Shown in pieces: positions 39,426-49,035 of a DNA stretch of 64,000 nucleotides. This DNA is from Longimicrobiales bacterium (GTDB taxonomy: Bacteria > Gemmatimonadota > Gemmatimonadetes > Longimicrobiales > Gaopeijiaceae). Below the pieces are notes generated by a model. That model was not told where the DNA came from. It saw only the letters and a list, made by a program, of their open reading frames with translations, and searched no databases. Each line of letters opens with the position of its first letter. Position 1 is the first letter of the stretch. The translations under genes were made by a program, and so were the position numbers. Where the stretch lies: positions 4,096,001 through 4,160,000 of the forward strand of contig OZ250165.1 in assembly GCA_965238005.1 (NCBI GenBank), read 5' to 3'.

Positions 39426-41239
39426 GATCTGGCGGCGGGCAGGCTCCTGGCGAACTGTAGCTCGTGGAGCCGGGCGTAGAGGCCCTCCCTCTCGAGCAGC
39501 TCCTCGTGGCTGCCCTCCTCACAGAGCTCCCCGTGATGGAGAACGATGATGCGGTCGGCTCTCTGAACGGTGGAGAGTCGGTGGGCGATCACCACCGATG
39601 TCCGTCCCGCCATGAGCTCGCTGGTGGCCCGCTCGATCTGGGCCTCGATCTCCGAGTCCACCGAGCTGGTGGCCTCGTCGAGGACCAGAACCTGTGGATC
39701 GAAAGCCAGGGCACGGGCGAATGATACGAGCTGGCGCTCGCCCACCGAGAGCGTCGAGCCCCTCTCTCCCAGCTCCTGGTCGTATCCGTTGGGCAGGCGC
39801 GCGATGAAGGGCGCGGCGCCGACACGCTTGGCGGCCGCCCGAATACGCTCCTCCGAGATGTCGCTCGATCCGAGCCGGATGTTGTAGGACACGTCCTGGC
39901 TGAAGAGGAAGACATCCTGGAGGACGAGGCCGATATGGGCCCGCAGCTCCTCCAGCCCGATCTCCTCGATAGGCACCCCATCCAGGCGAATCCGGCCTCT
40001 CTGCGGCTCGTAGAAGCGCATGAGGAGATTGATGAGAGTTGTCTTGCCCGCTCCCGTGTGGCCCACGATGGCGAGGCGCTCTCCGGGCCTGGCCTGGAAG
40101 CTGACCGCCTCGAGGACCCAGTCCCACTCGTCGTCCTCGTCTTTGCCATAGGCGAACCAGACGTCCTCGAAGTCGATCTGGCCCTGGATGGGTGTGGGGA
40201 GCGGGGTCGGCACCGCCGGACCGGCGATCTCGATCTCGCGGTCCAGCAACTTGAAGATCCGTTCCGACGAGGCCATGGCCCCCTGGAGCAGGTTGTACTT
40301 CTCCGAGAGGTCCTGGATAGGACGGAAGAAGCGACGGGCGTACTGCAGAAAGGCCGCCAGCACACCCACCGTCACGGTCCCCTGAAGGATCGACGCTCCC
40401 CCCCGCCAGATGATCAGGGCCAGGGCGATGGCCGTGAAGAGCTCGATGACGGGGAAGAAGAGGGCGTAGTACGTTATGGAGCGCAGGTGCGCGTCCAGGT
40501 AATCCTGATTGATCTCGGCGTGCCTACGGGCGTCGGCCTCTTCGCGGTTGAAGAGCCTCACGACGGCGATCCCGGTGAAGCGCTCGTGCAGGTACGAGTT
40601 GAGGACGGCCAGCCGCAACCGGATGTCGCGGTAGGCGGCACGGATCTTGGCTCGGAAGAGGAAGGCGGTCAAAGCGACGAAAGGCAGGACGCTGAAGGTC
40701 ACCAGGGCGAGCTTCCAGTCCATGTAGAGCATGGCGGCCAGGATGAACCCCAGCGTAAAAACGTCTCCGAACACTGCCACCACGCCCGAGCTGAAGAGCT
40801 CGTTCAGCGTCTCGACGTCGCTGGTGAGGCGGGTCATGAGGCGGCCCACCGGATTCCGGTCGTAGAAGCGCAGGTCCAGGCGCTGGAGCTTGGCGAAGAT
40901 CTCCGTCCGGAGGTCGTACATGACCCGCTGGCCGAGCCAGGTGGTGAGGACAGTCTGCCCGTACATGAGGGAGACGCCGCCGATGATGGCGGCCACGTAC
41001 GCTCCTGCCAGCTTGGCCAGCAGCGGGGCGTCGCCGTTGGGGATGGCTTCGTCCAAGGCGATCCGGGTGAGCCACGGACCCACCACCTGCAGGAGCGACG
41101 CGACCATCAGAACTGCAACGGCCAGGACGACGTACCACCGGTAGAGCTTCAGGTACTCCAGGAGCCGCTTCATCAGGCGGGCGTCGTATGCCTTCCCCAG
41201 CGCCTCCTCTTCCTGGTAGGGTCCCTGCGGTCCCTGCAC
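39422..41239 (-). CDS. ABC exporter, fused permease/ATPase (MdlB/MsbA-like)
   Basis: TM domain; GHTGAGKT, LSVGERQ, LDEATS; GTG start with GGAGG RBS. Confidence 0.93.
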   Translation of the reverse strand: MQGPQGPYQEEEALGKAYDARLMKRLLEYLKLYRWYVVLAVAVLMVASLLQVVGPWLTRIALDEAIPNGDAPLLAKLAGAYVAAIIGGVSLMYGQTVLTTWLGQRVMYDLRTEIFAKLQRLDLRFYDRNPVGRLMTRLTSDVETLNELFSSGVVAVFGDVFTLGFILAAMLYMDWKLALVTFSVLPFVALTAFLFRAKIRAAYRDIRLRLAVLNSYLHERFTGIAVVRLFNREEADARRHAEINQDYLDAHLRSITYYALFFPVIELFTAIALALIIWRGGASILQGTVTVGVLAAFLQYARRFFRPIQDLSEKYNLLQGAMASSERIFKLLDREIEIAGPAVPTPLPTPIQGQIDFEDVWFAYGKDEDDEWDWVLEAVSFQARPGERLAIVGHTGAGKTTLINLLMRFYEPQRGRIRLDGVPIEEIGLEELRAHIGLVLQDVFLFSQDVSYNIRLGSSDISEERIRAAAKRVGAAPFIARLPNGYDQELGERGSTLSVGERQLVSFARALAFDPQVLVLDEATSSVDSEIEAQIERATSELMAGRTSVVIAHRLSTVQRADRIIVLHHGELCEEGSHEELLEREGLYARLHELQFARSLPAARS

Positions 41240-41330
41240 TCGTCCTCCCTCCTGGCCGTGGTGGGGGGCGGGGTGAGGGGTTCGGCCTACCCGGTGTCGA
41301 GAGGCGAGTTCCACGGTTCGGCCGAGTCCG

Positions 41331-41498
41331 TTAGTGTCCCGTTGCCGAAGTGTCTCGGCCAGTCGAGGGCACGGTGCATCCGTGGGTTCGGCGTTGGGAC
41401 TCCTTGCCGTAGCTTTCGCTACGCCGCGTCGTCCCGCCTTGATCCCTCGGCGCCCCGACCCTCTTTGTGGCTCGCGAACTTCGGCAACGGAACACTAG
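41331..41498 (-). mobile_element. MITE-like element, copy 3
   Basis: TA-flanked, 19-bp IR with 1 mismatch; reverse complement of copy 1. Confidence 0.8.
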
Positions 41499-41506
41499 AA
41501 TCACCC

Positions 41507-44347
41507 ATGGACGATTGGATTCGGATCCGGGGGGCGCGTCAGCATAACCTCAAGAACCTGGACATCGATCTTCCGCGGCGGGCTCTTACCGTCATCACGG
41601 GGCCCTCGGGGTCGGGCAAGTCCTCCCTGGCCCTCGACACCCTTTTCGCCGAAGGGCAAAGACGCTACGTGGAGTCCCTCTCGACGTACGCCAAGCAATT
41701 CCTGGACAGGATGGAGAAGCCCGACGTCGACTCCATCGAGGGCATCTCGCCCGCCGTGGCCATCGAGCAGAAGAACCCCACCAAGTCGAGCCGGTCCACG
41801 GTGGGGACGGCCACGGAGGTGTACGACTACTTGAGGCTCCTGTGGGCGCGGGTCGGCCGGACCTACTGCCCCGAGTGCGGCGAGCAGGTCCGTCCCGACA
41901 CGGTCACCAGCGCGGTGGACCGCGTCCTCGAGCTCCCCGAGGGCTCCAAGATCCAGGTGACCTTCCCCCTCAAGCTCAGCGGTCGGGTCAATCACGCCCT
42001 GGTGGTGGAGAACCTCCGGGCCATGGGCTTCATGCGACTTCTCGCTGACGGGCAGCTGGTGGACCTCAGCGTCCCTGATGCAGGGGATCCCGACGATCTG
42101 GGCATCGACGTCACCCAGGTAGCCGACCCGCTGGTGGTGGTGGACCGGCTCACCGCCGGGCAGGAGGAGCGCGATCGCCTTGCGGACTCCCTGGCAACGT
42201 GCTTCGCCGAGGGCGAGGGTGAGGCCGTAATGCTCATGCACGACCCGTCGGACGGGGGCGTGATGGGCCGCCTGGTGTTCACCGAGCACTTCCGTTGCGC
42301 CAATCATCCGGAGATCGAGTTCTTCGACCCGACGCCGAAGCTCTTCTCCTTCAACAACCCCTACGGATCCTGTCCAACCTGCACGGGCTTCGGCGCCACG
42401 CTCGACTACGACGTCGATCTCATCGTGCCCAACCTCCAGCGCTCCATCTACGAAGGGGCAGTGGATCCCTGGACCAAGCCACGGTATCACAAGGAGCGCG
42501 AGCAGCTCCGCTCGTATACGCTGTCGCGAGGGGTGTCCTCCTACAGCCCGTGGAAGGAGCTCCCCGAGGACTTCAGGGAGGAGGTGCTCTACGGGGCCGA
42601 GGACTTCAAGGGCGTGATCCCCTTTCTCATCTCCCGGGAGCGGAAGCGCTACAAGCAATACATCCGCGTGTTCCTCCGCCAGTACCAGAGCCCACAGACG
42701 TGCCGCTCGTGCCAGGGCGCCCGCATCCAGCCCAAGGCGCTCCACATCAAGATTGCCGGGCGCTCCATCGCCGACGTGAGCCGGCTCCCCATGGAGGACC
42801 TCCAGGCGTGGGTCCTCGGCCTGGAGCTCACCGCCACTGAAACCCAGATCGCCGAGACGATCCTCCGGGAGCTCAGGGCCCGGCTGGCGTTCCTGGTGGA
42901 CGTGGGCCTCGGATACGTTTCTCTGGATCGGCAGATGAGGACTCTGTCCGGGGGTGAGGCCCAGCGCATCAACCTCGCCAACTCACTGGGGTCGCGACTC
43001 GTTGACACCCTCTACGTGCTGGACGAGCCCACGGTGGGTCTGCACCCCAAGGACACCACGACGCTTCTCCTCCTCCTGGGCCAGCTGCGGGACGCCGGAA
43101 ACTCCGTTCTCGTGGTGGAGCACGATCCCATGGCCATCCGGGATGCGGACCACATCCTGGAGCTGGGGCCGGCGGCCGGGGAGAAGGGCGGCAACGTCGT
43201 CTTCGAGGGCACGCCCCAGGAGCTGGCCCGAGCCGAGACCGCCACGGGGCTCTACATCTCCGGCCGTGCCGAGATTCCGGTGCCGGAGTCGCGGCGTCCG
43301 GTGGACGGGGCGCGGCTCACGCTCCGTGGCGGGCGCCTGCACAATCTCCAGGGGGTCGATGTGGAGATTCCTCTGGAGGCCATGACCGTGGTCACCGGCG
43401 TCTCGGGCTCGGGCAAGTCCACCCTCGTGCACGACATCCTGTACCGGGCCCTCGAGCGGGAGCTCAAGGGGGGTGAGACGAGTGCCAAGGAGCATCTGGG
43501 CCAGTACGTCGGGGAGTTCGCGTCGTTGGAGGGTGTGAGCTCCTTGGACGACGTGGTGCTCGTGGACCAGTCACCCATCGGCCGCACGCCCCGCTCCAAT
43601 CCGGTGACCTACATCAAGGCGTGGGACGAGATCCGGAGGATCTTCGCCTCCCAGCCCCTTGCTCGTGACCGGCGCTACAACGCCGGCCACTTCTCGTTCA
43701 ATGTGGCGGGGGGCCGGTGTGAGGAGTGCAAGGGTGCGGGGCGATTGGAGATCGAGATGATCTTCATGGCCGACGTCTACGTGCTGTGCGACGTGTGCCA
43801 CGGGACCCGCTACAAGAGCGAGATGCTCGACGTCCGGTTCAAGGGACGGAACGTGGCCGAGGTTCTGGAGCTGACCGTGGATGAGGCCATCCGGTTCTTC
43901 ATCCACCAGGACAAGCTGGGCCAGATGCTCTGGCATCTGCAGCAGGTGGGCCTGGGGTACCTGCGGCTGGGGCAGCCGGCACCGACCCTGTCCGGCGGAG
44001 AGGCGCAGCGCCTCAAGATCGCACGGGAGCTCGCCGGCGTGGCCGGCCGAAAAGGGCGGAAGCTCTACATCCTGGACGAGCCCACGGTGGGGCTTTCCGG
44101 AGAAGACGTGCGAAAGCTCCTCGGGGTGTTGAACCGCCTGGTCGACGCCGGGAACGCGGTGGTGGTCATCGAGCACAACCTCGAGGTGGTGAAGACGGCG
44201 GACTGGGTCATCGACCTGGGACCGGGGGCCGGGATCCAGGGTGGGCAGATCGTGGCCATGGGGCGTCCCGAGGACCTGGCCTCCGTGCCGGAGAGCGCCA
44301 CGGGTCAGTACCTGGCGGAGGTGCTCCCGGGGGCGAAGGTCGGCTAG
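41507..44347 (+). CDS. uvrA: Excinuclease ABC subunit A
   Basis: GARQHNLKN, GPSGSGKSS, EGQRRYVESLS, two LSGGEAQR motifs, Zn fingers. Confidence 0.97.
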   Translation: MDDWIRIRGARQHNLKNLDIDLPRRALTVITGPSGSGKSSLALDTLFAEGQRRYVESLSTYAKQFLDRMEKPDVDSIEGISPAVAIEQKNPTKSSRSTVGTATEVYDYLRLLWARVGRTYCPECGEQVRPDTVTSAVDRVLELPEGSKIQVTFPLKLSGRVNHALVVENLRAMGFMRLLADGQLVDLSVPDAGDPDDLGIDVTQVADPLVVVDRLTAGQEERDRLADSLATCFAEGEGEAVMLMHDPSDGGVMGRLVFTEHFRCANHPEIEFFDPTPKLFSFNNPYGSCPTCTGFGATLDYDVDLIVPNLQRSIYEGAVDPWTKPRYHKEREQLRSYTLSRGVSSYSPWKELPEDFREEVLYGAEDFKGVIPFLISRERKRYKQYIRVFLRQYQSPQTCRSCQGARIQPKALHIKIAGRSIADVSRLPMEDLQAWVLGLELTATETQIAETILRELRARLAFLVDVGLGYVSLDRQMRTLSGGEAQRINLANSLGSRLVDTLYVLDEPTVGLHPKDTTTLLLLLGQLRDAGNSVLVVEHDPMAIRDADHILELGPAAGEKGGNVVFEGTPQELARAETATGLYISGRAEIPVPESRRPVDGARLTLRGGRLHNLQGVDVEIPLEAMTVVTGVSGSGKSTLVHDILYRALERELKGGETSAKEHLGQYVGEFASLEGVSSLDDVVLVDQSPIGRTPRSNPVTYIKAWDEIRRIFASQPLARDRRYNAGHFSFNVAGGRCEECKGAGRLEIEMIFMADVYVLCDVCHGTRYKSEMLDVRFKGRNVAEVLELTVDEAIRFFIHQDKLGQMLWHLQQVGLGYLRLGQPAPTLSGGEAQRLKIARELAGVAGRKGRKLYILDEPTVGLSGEDVRKLLGVLNRLVDAGNAVVVIEHNLEVVKTADWVIDLGPGAGIQGGQIVAMGRPEDLASVPESATGQYLAEVLPGAKVG

Positions 44348-44372
44348 TGTCCCGCTTCCAAAGTGTCTCGGC
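44344..44372 (-). repeat. Solitary MITE terminus
   Basis: CTAGTGTCCCGCTTCCAAAGTGTCTCGGC, 26/29 identical to the reverse-complemented right end of copy 1. Confidence 0.7.
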
Positions 44373-47300
44373 GTCTGCACTCCCGATCCTGGCCGCCCTT
44401 CTGCCCTGGGGTGACGGCCTGTCAGGTAGTCCGCTCTCCGGCGGGGTCCTCTACGCTCAGAAGTCCGGCGCCGGGACGTCACCCGCACCTGTCTCAGCCG
44501 TGCTCCCCGTGGAGACGTTTCGGCTCGACAACGGCCTCACCGTCGTCTTGAGCGAGGACCATTCGGCTCCGGTCACGGCGGTGAGCGTGTGGTATCACGT
44601 GGGCGGCGCCCACGAGTTCGAGGGCTACACGGGGCTCGCCCACCTCCTGGAGCACCTCCTCGGCAGCCGGGTGCGGGATCTGAGCGAGGCCGAGGTGGAG
44701 CGGCTCGTGGGGGACGCCGGGGGTGTGGCTTCGGCGTCCACCGACGTCGATCGGACCGCCTTCGAGATGGTGGTCCCTGCTGGGGCGCTGGAGCTGGCTC
44801 TCTGGATCCAGGCGGGACGCATGGCCGACCCTCCGCTGAGCGACTCGCTCGTGAGGACGGCGACGGCCGCCGCAGCCACGGAGGCCCGGGCCCAGATCGA
44901 CGCGCAGCCCTACGCCCGCTCGCAGATCGTGGTCGACACGCTGGTCTCCGCGTACGTGCCCTACCGCAACCCGTTGGTGGGCCGACCCAGTCTGGAGGAG
45001 GTGGATGCGTCCATGGTCCGGCGCTTCCACGGTCTCTACTATGTGCCGGCGAATGCGGTGCTGACCATCGCTGGAGACGCGTCCCGCACGCGGGTCGAGA
45101 CTTTGGTGCGGCGTTACTTCGGATCGCTGGACGACCGTCCCGCCTCCCCTCGGCTGCCGCCGTTTCCCATCGTGCCGGCTGGAGCCGCGGAGAGCCGGGC
45201 CACCGTAGCGGATCCGGTGGCGGCCGCACCCCTGCTCTGGATCGCCTATGCGGTGCCGGAGGCCGTCGACGAGGACCTGTACGCCCTATCCCTACTCTCC
45301 TCGGTCATCAGCGCCGGGCCCAGCAGCCGTCTCAACTCCGTTCTCGTGGCCCGGACCCGGGTCGCCCGCAGCGTCGTCGCGGTCCTCAACCGCCGGAGGG
45401 GGCCCGGCTCGCTCCTCCTGGGGGCGCTCCCCACGGAGGGTACGGAGCCGGAGCGTCTAGAGAGGGTTCTCCTCTCGGTGATCGACGTCATCCGTGAGGA
45501 CGGCGTCACGGAGGCGGAGCTGGAGAAGGCCAAGAACCAGCGTCGGGCGACGGAGGTGGCTGCACGCCTCACCCTGGCCGGGCGTGCCGCCGAGCTGCAG
45601 CGTCACCAGCTGTACGGGGGACGGGCGGTCCGGGCCAACAGCGAGATGGAGCGCTACGACGCCGTCACCCGGGAGGACGTGCTTCGGGTAGCACGCCGGT
45701 ACCTGATCCCGGAGAACCGGGCCGTCGTGCTGGTTCTGCCGGGAGGGTCGGGCCTGGTGGCCTCGGCGGGACTCCTGGTGCTCGCCTCGCCCACCGAGCT
45801 CGTTGCCGCCGAGGGGTCGGTCTCGGCCCAACAGGCACCGCCCGACGTCGCTCCTCCCGCGCCGCCGGCCTTCCCGGCCCTTGAGGAGCGCACGCTCTCG
45901 AACGGGGCAGGGGTCCTGATCGTGCGTGACTCCCTGCTGCCCTGGGTCGACGTGAGCCTCATGCTCCCGGGGGGCAGATCGGCGGATCCCCCCCGTGGCG
46001 CCGGCACTGCCGAGCTGGTCTCCTACCTGATCACCCGGGGCGCGGACCGTCACTCGTCCGCCGATCTGGCCGGGGCCGTGGACCGCATCGGGGCCACCCT
46101 GACCGCGGTCGTGGGCACCGACTGGACCACCGTGTCCTTAGGTTCCCTGACGCCACACCTGGATTCGGCCTTGACCCTAATGGCCGACGTGGTCCTGCGC
46201 CCGTCCTTCCCGCAGGCGGAGGTTCAGCGAATGCGTCGACAGGGCGTCATCGCCCTCGAGACCGGGTGGGCGGAGCCTCAAGCGATGGCAGTACGTATGT
46301 TTCGACACGCGGTATACGTATCCCATCCGTACGGAGTGTACGAGCGTCCCGAGGAGGTGCGCGACCTCACGGCGGCCGACTTGAGGGCGTACCACCGCCG
46401 GGTCTTCAGGCCGGAGGGGGCCGTGTTCCTGGTCTCGGGCGACATAGAGTCCGACGACGTCGTGAGTCGCCTCGAGGCCCACTTCTCCGGCTGGGCCGCC
46501 GGCACGGAGACCCCTACGGCCGAAACGCGGCCTCGAGGGCGTGACCCACTCGGGGCCCCCCCGGCCGAGGGGGACCGCAGGGGCGAGAGCGTCATCGTCC
46601 ACACTCCGGGCTCCACGCGAGCCGTCATCCGCATGGGGCATCAGCTTCCATCCGGCGATCACCCGGATTGGGCCGGACTGTCGCTGCTGGGTCAGTTCCT
46701 GGGCGGCGGCCCGGAGGCTCGCCTCGGGCCTCGCTTGCGAGCTCGCGGTTGGTCCGGAACGGCTGTCGCGGCGGTGAGCCGACGGCGGGGTCCGGGTCTT
46801 CTGGAAGTGGACCTCGACGTTCGAGTGGAGGTGGCCGACTCGGCCATCGCCGAGGTCATGGCGGCCCTCGAAGATTTGAGGAGCGAGGCCCCCGGGCTCG
46901 AGGAAACCGAGGCGTTCAAGAGCTTCATCGCGGCCTCCCTTCCGCTCCAGCTGGCCACTGCCCGGCAAGTGGTGGGGCAGGTCGGCCGCTTTCGGCTTCT
47001 GAGGGGCGGCTCCGACGCCGCGGGGGGGAGCTCTCTTGCCCTGGAGGACTACGCGGCGGCCGTTCGTGCTCTGACGCCGGACGAGCTGCTGAGGATCGCC
47101 GGAGAGCACCTGAGGCCCGAGGACGTCACGGTCGTGGTGGTGGGAGATGCTACGCTCCTGCGCCCCAGGCTCGCCACCCTCGGGCCCGTCCGCATGGTGG
47201 ACATGGACGGGGGCACCATCGACCTCGCTGACCTGATGCCTTCCGTCACTCCACTGACGACCGACGCCTCGTCCCTCGGGCCGGGCATGTGGACGTATCG

Positions 47301-47907
47301 CATCACGGTGGACGGCTCGGTCATCGGTGAGATGGTCCGAACGCTGACCCGCGACCCCGACGGCACGCCGGAGCGGTTCTCCCTCCGGTCGTCGACCACC
47401 GTGGGCCCACAGGTCCTGGTTCAGGAGGTGACGTTCGATGGACGGGAGTTCCGTCCCCTCAGCGGAAGCTTCGAGCTGACGCAGGGGCGGCAGCGGGCCG
47501 GTGCCCGCCTCGACATCGTGGACGGACGGGTTGTGGGAGAACGAACCCTTCCGGACGGCCGCACGGAGCCGTTCGAGGCGCCCCTGGCCCCCGGCTCCCT
47601 GGTGGGGGAGATGCTCGAGGTGGCGGTCTGGCTGGCCGACCTGGAGGAGGGCCTGGAGCTCGTTCTGCCGGTCGTACAGGTGGAGTCGGGCGCCGCCGCC
47701 CATGTGCGAGTGCGCGTGCTGGATCGGACCCGGCTGACGGTCCCTGCGGGCCGCTACGATGCGTATCGCATCGAGATCCAGGGAGCGCAGGCCACGCAGC
47801 TCGTTTACGCCCGGGTGAGGGCTCCTCACGTCATCGTCAAGCTGGAGACGTCCGGGCAGCCCTTCATCATGGAGCTCGAGTCGGAAGTGGTGGGCAGGGG
47901 TGGCTGA
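44347..47907 (+). CDS. M16 (pitrilysin-like) zinc peptidase, fused two-subunit form with an extra C-terminal beta-rich domain
   Basis: LDNGLTV..WYHVG..GLAHLLEH; second unit LSNG..GTAEL; C-terminal LTVPAGRYDAYRI (DUF3108-like); start uncertain. Confidence 0.85.
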   Translation: MSRFQSVSASALPILAALLPWGDGLSGSPLSGGVLYAQKSGAGTSPAPVSAVLPVETFRLDNGLTVVLSEDHSAPVTAVSVWYHVGGAHEFEGYTGLAHLLEHLLGSRVRDLSEAEVERLVGDAGGVASASTDVDRTAFEMVVPAGALELALWIQAGRMADPPLSDSLVRTATAAAATEARAQIDAQPYARSQIVVDTLVSAYVPYRNPLVGRPSLEEVDASMVRRFHGLYYVPANAVLTIAGDASRTRVETLVRRYFGSLDDRPASPRLPPFPIVPAGAAESRATVADPVAAAPLLWIAYAVPEAVDEDLYALSLLSSVISAGPSSRLNSVLVARTRVARSVVAVLNRRRGPGSLLLGALPTEGTEPERLERVLLSVIDVIREDGVTEAELEKAKNQRRATEVAARLTLAGRAAELQRHQLYGGRAVRANSEMERYDAVTREDVLRVARRYLIPENRAVVLVLPGGSGLVASAGLLVLASPTELVAAEGSVSAQQAPPDVAPPAPPAFPALEERTLSNGAGVLIVRDSLLPWVDVSLMLPGGRSADPPRGAGTAELVSYLITRGADRHSSADLAGAVDRIGATLTAVVGTDWTTVSLGSLTPHLDSALTLMADVVLRPSFPQAEVQRMRRQGVIALETGWAEPQAMAVRMFRHAVYVSHPYGVYERPEEVRDLTAADLRAYHRRVFRPEGAVFLVSGDIESDDVVSRLEAHFSGWAAGTETPTAETRPRGRDPLGAPPAEGDRRGESVIVHTPGSTRAVIRMGHQLPSGDHPDWAGLSLLGQFLGGGPEARLGPRLRARGWSGTAVAAVSRRRGPGLLEVDLDVRVEVADSAIAEVMAALEDLRSEAPGLEETEAFKSFIAASLPLQLATARQVVGQVGRFRLLRGGSDAAGGSSLALEDYAAAVRALTPDELLRIAGEHLRPEDVTVVVVGDATLLRPRLATLGPVRMVDMDGGTIDLADLMPSVTPLTTDASSLGPGMWTYRITVDGSVIGEMVRTLTRDPDGTPERFSLRSSTTVGPQVLVQEVTFDGREFRPLSGSFELTQGRQRAGARLDIVDGRVVGERTLPDGRTEPFEAPLAPGSLVGEMLEVAVWLADLEEGLELVLPVVQVESGAAAHVRVRVLDRTRLTVPAGRYDAYRIEIQGAQATQLVYARVRAPHVIVKLETSGQPFIMELESEVVGRGG

Positions 47908-48910
47908 TCCCGACGTCTCGGTCCTGCTCCCGGTGCGCGACGGAGCAGCCTATCTACCCGAGTGCATCGACTCCCTGCGATCGCAGACTCTCGAGGACTT
48001 CGAGGTCCTGGCCGTGGACGACGGCTCCACGGATGAAAGCGCCGAGGTCCTCTCGCAGTGGGCACGGGAGGATCCTCGCGTCGCCGTGATCCGCCAGCCT
48101 CGCCTGGGGATCGTTGCGGCCCTGGAGGCCGGGCGGAGCCGGGTGAGGGGCCGGTTCCTGGCCCGCATGGACGACGACGACGTCGCCGAGGCCACCCGCC
48201 TCGAGGAGCAGCGGTCCCTCTTGGAGAGCAACCCGGACCTGACGGGCTGTGGGGCGAGGGTCCGCTACTTCCCCAGAACTGCGGTGCGGGACGGAGGCAC
48301 GCGCTACGAGGCGTGGCTCGACGACATCCGCACCTCCGACGACGTGGAGCGCAACCTGTTCGTCGAGTGTCCCCTGGCCCACCCCACCTTCTTCCTCAGA
48401 TCCTCGGCCGTGTCGGAAGTGGGGGGGTACGTCGACCGCGGGTGGCCCGAGGACTACGACCTCTTGCTGAGACTGTGGGAGTCGGGCGCACGCTTAGGGG
48501 TTGTGGGCCGGGTTCTGCTCCACTGGCGAGAGCGGGAGGACCGGGCCTCGCGCCAGCATGAAGCGTATGCCCCGGAGGCCTTCCGGCGGTGCAAGGTGCA
48601 CTACCTGCTGCGCACGCTGGCCCGGGATCGAGAGGGGCTGGTGGTCTGGGGAGCCGGTCCCGTGGGGAAGGCGTTCGCGCAGGAGGTCCAGAGACAGGGC
48701 GGCAGAATACGGGCCTTCGTCGATCTCGATGACCGCAAGATCGGGCAGAGCATCCACGAGGCAACAGTCATCCCCCCATCGCGGATCAATGAACACAGGG
48801 ATGGCTACTGTGTGGCCGCCGTGGGGCAGGTTGGAGCCAGGGACGAGATTCGGGAGGCGCTGAAGCGGGCGGGTTGGCGGGAGGTCGCGGATTTCATCGC
48901 CGTGGCTTGA
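47900..48910 (+). CDS. Glycosyltransferase family 2 with C-terminal Rossmann-like domain
   Basis: VSVLLPV, VDDGSTD, ARMDDDD, EDYDL, WGAGPVG. Confidence 0.9.
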   Translation: MADPDVSVLLPVRDGAAYLPECIDSLRSQTLEDFEVLAVDDGSTDESAEVLSQWAREDPRVAVIRQPRLGIVAALEAGRSRVRGRFLARMDDDDVAEATRLEEQRSLLESNPDLTGCGARVRYFPRTAVRDGGTRYEAWLDDIRTSDDVERNLFVECPLAHPTFFLRSSAVSEVGGYVDRGWPEDYDLLLRLWESGARLGVVGRVLLHWREREDRASRQHEAYAPEAFRRCKVHYLLRTLARDREGLVVWGAGPVGKAFAQEVQRQGGRIRAFVDLDDRKIGQSIHEATVIPPSRINEHRDGYCVAAVGQVGARDEIREALKRAGWREVADFIAVA

Positions 48911-48994
48911 GCGCGGCCACCGGTGCACTAAACGAAAGGATCCGATTCGACGTCTCAGGGGTTAGTAGTTCGAGTCGAACCGTGCCTCGTGGAG

Positions 48995-49023
48995 ATCGGT
49001 ACCACCGATTCGGTAACACCGAT
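48995..49023. promoter_or_regulatory. Tandem palindromic operator-like sites
   Basis: TCGGTACCACCGAT / TCGGTAACACCGAT directly adjacent, overlapping GATAAT. Confidence 0.4.
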
Positions 49024-49035
49024 AATGTGAGAACC

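Noticed and set aside
39935..41506. Apparent 524-aa N-terminal extension of UvrA
   Set aside because: It is antisense to the ABC transporter and reads through a MITE; true UvrA homology starts at ATG 41507.
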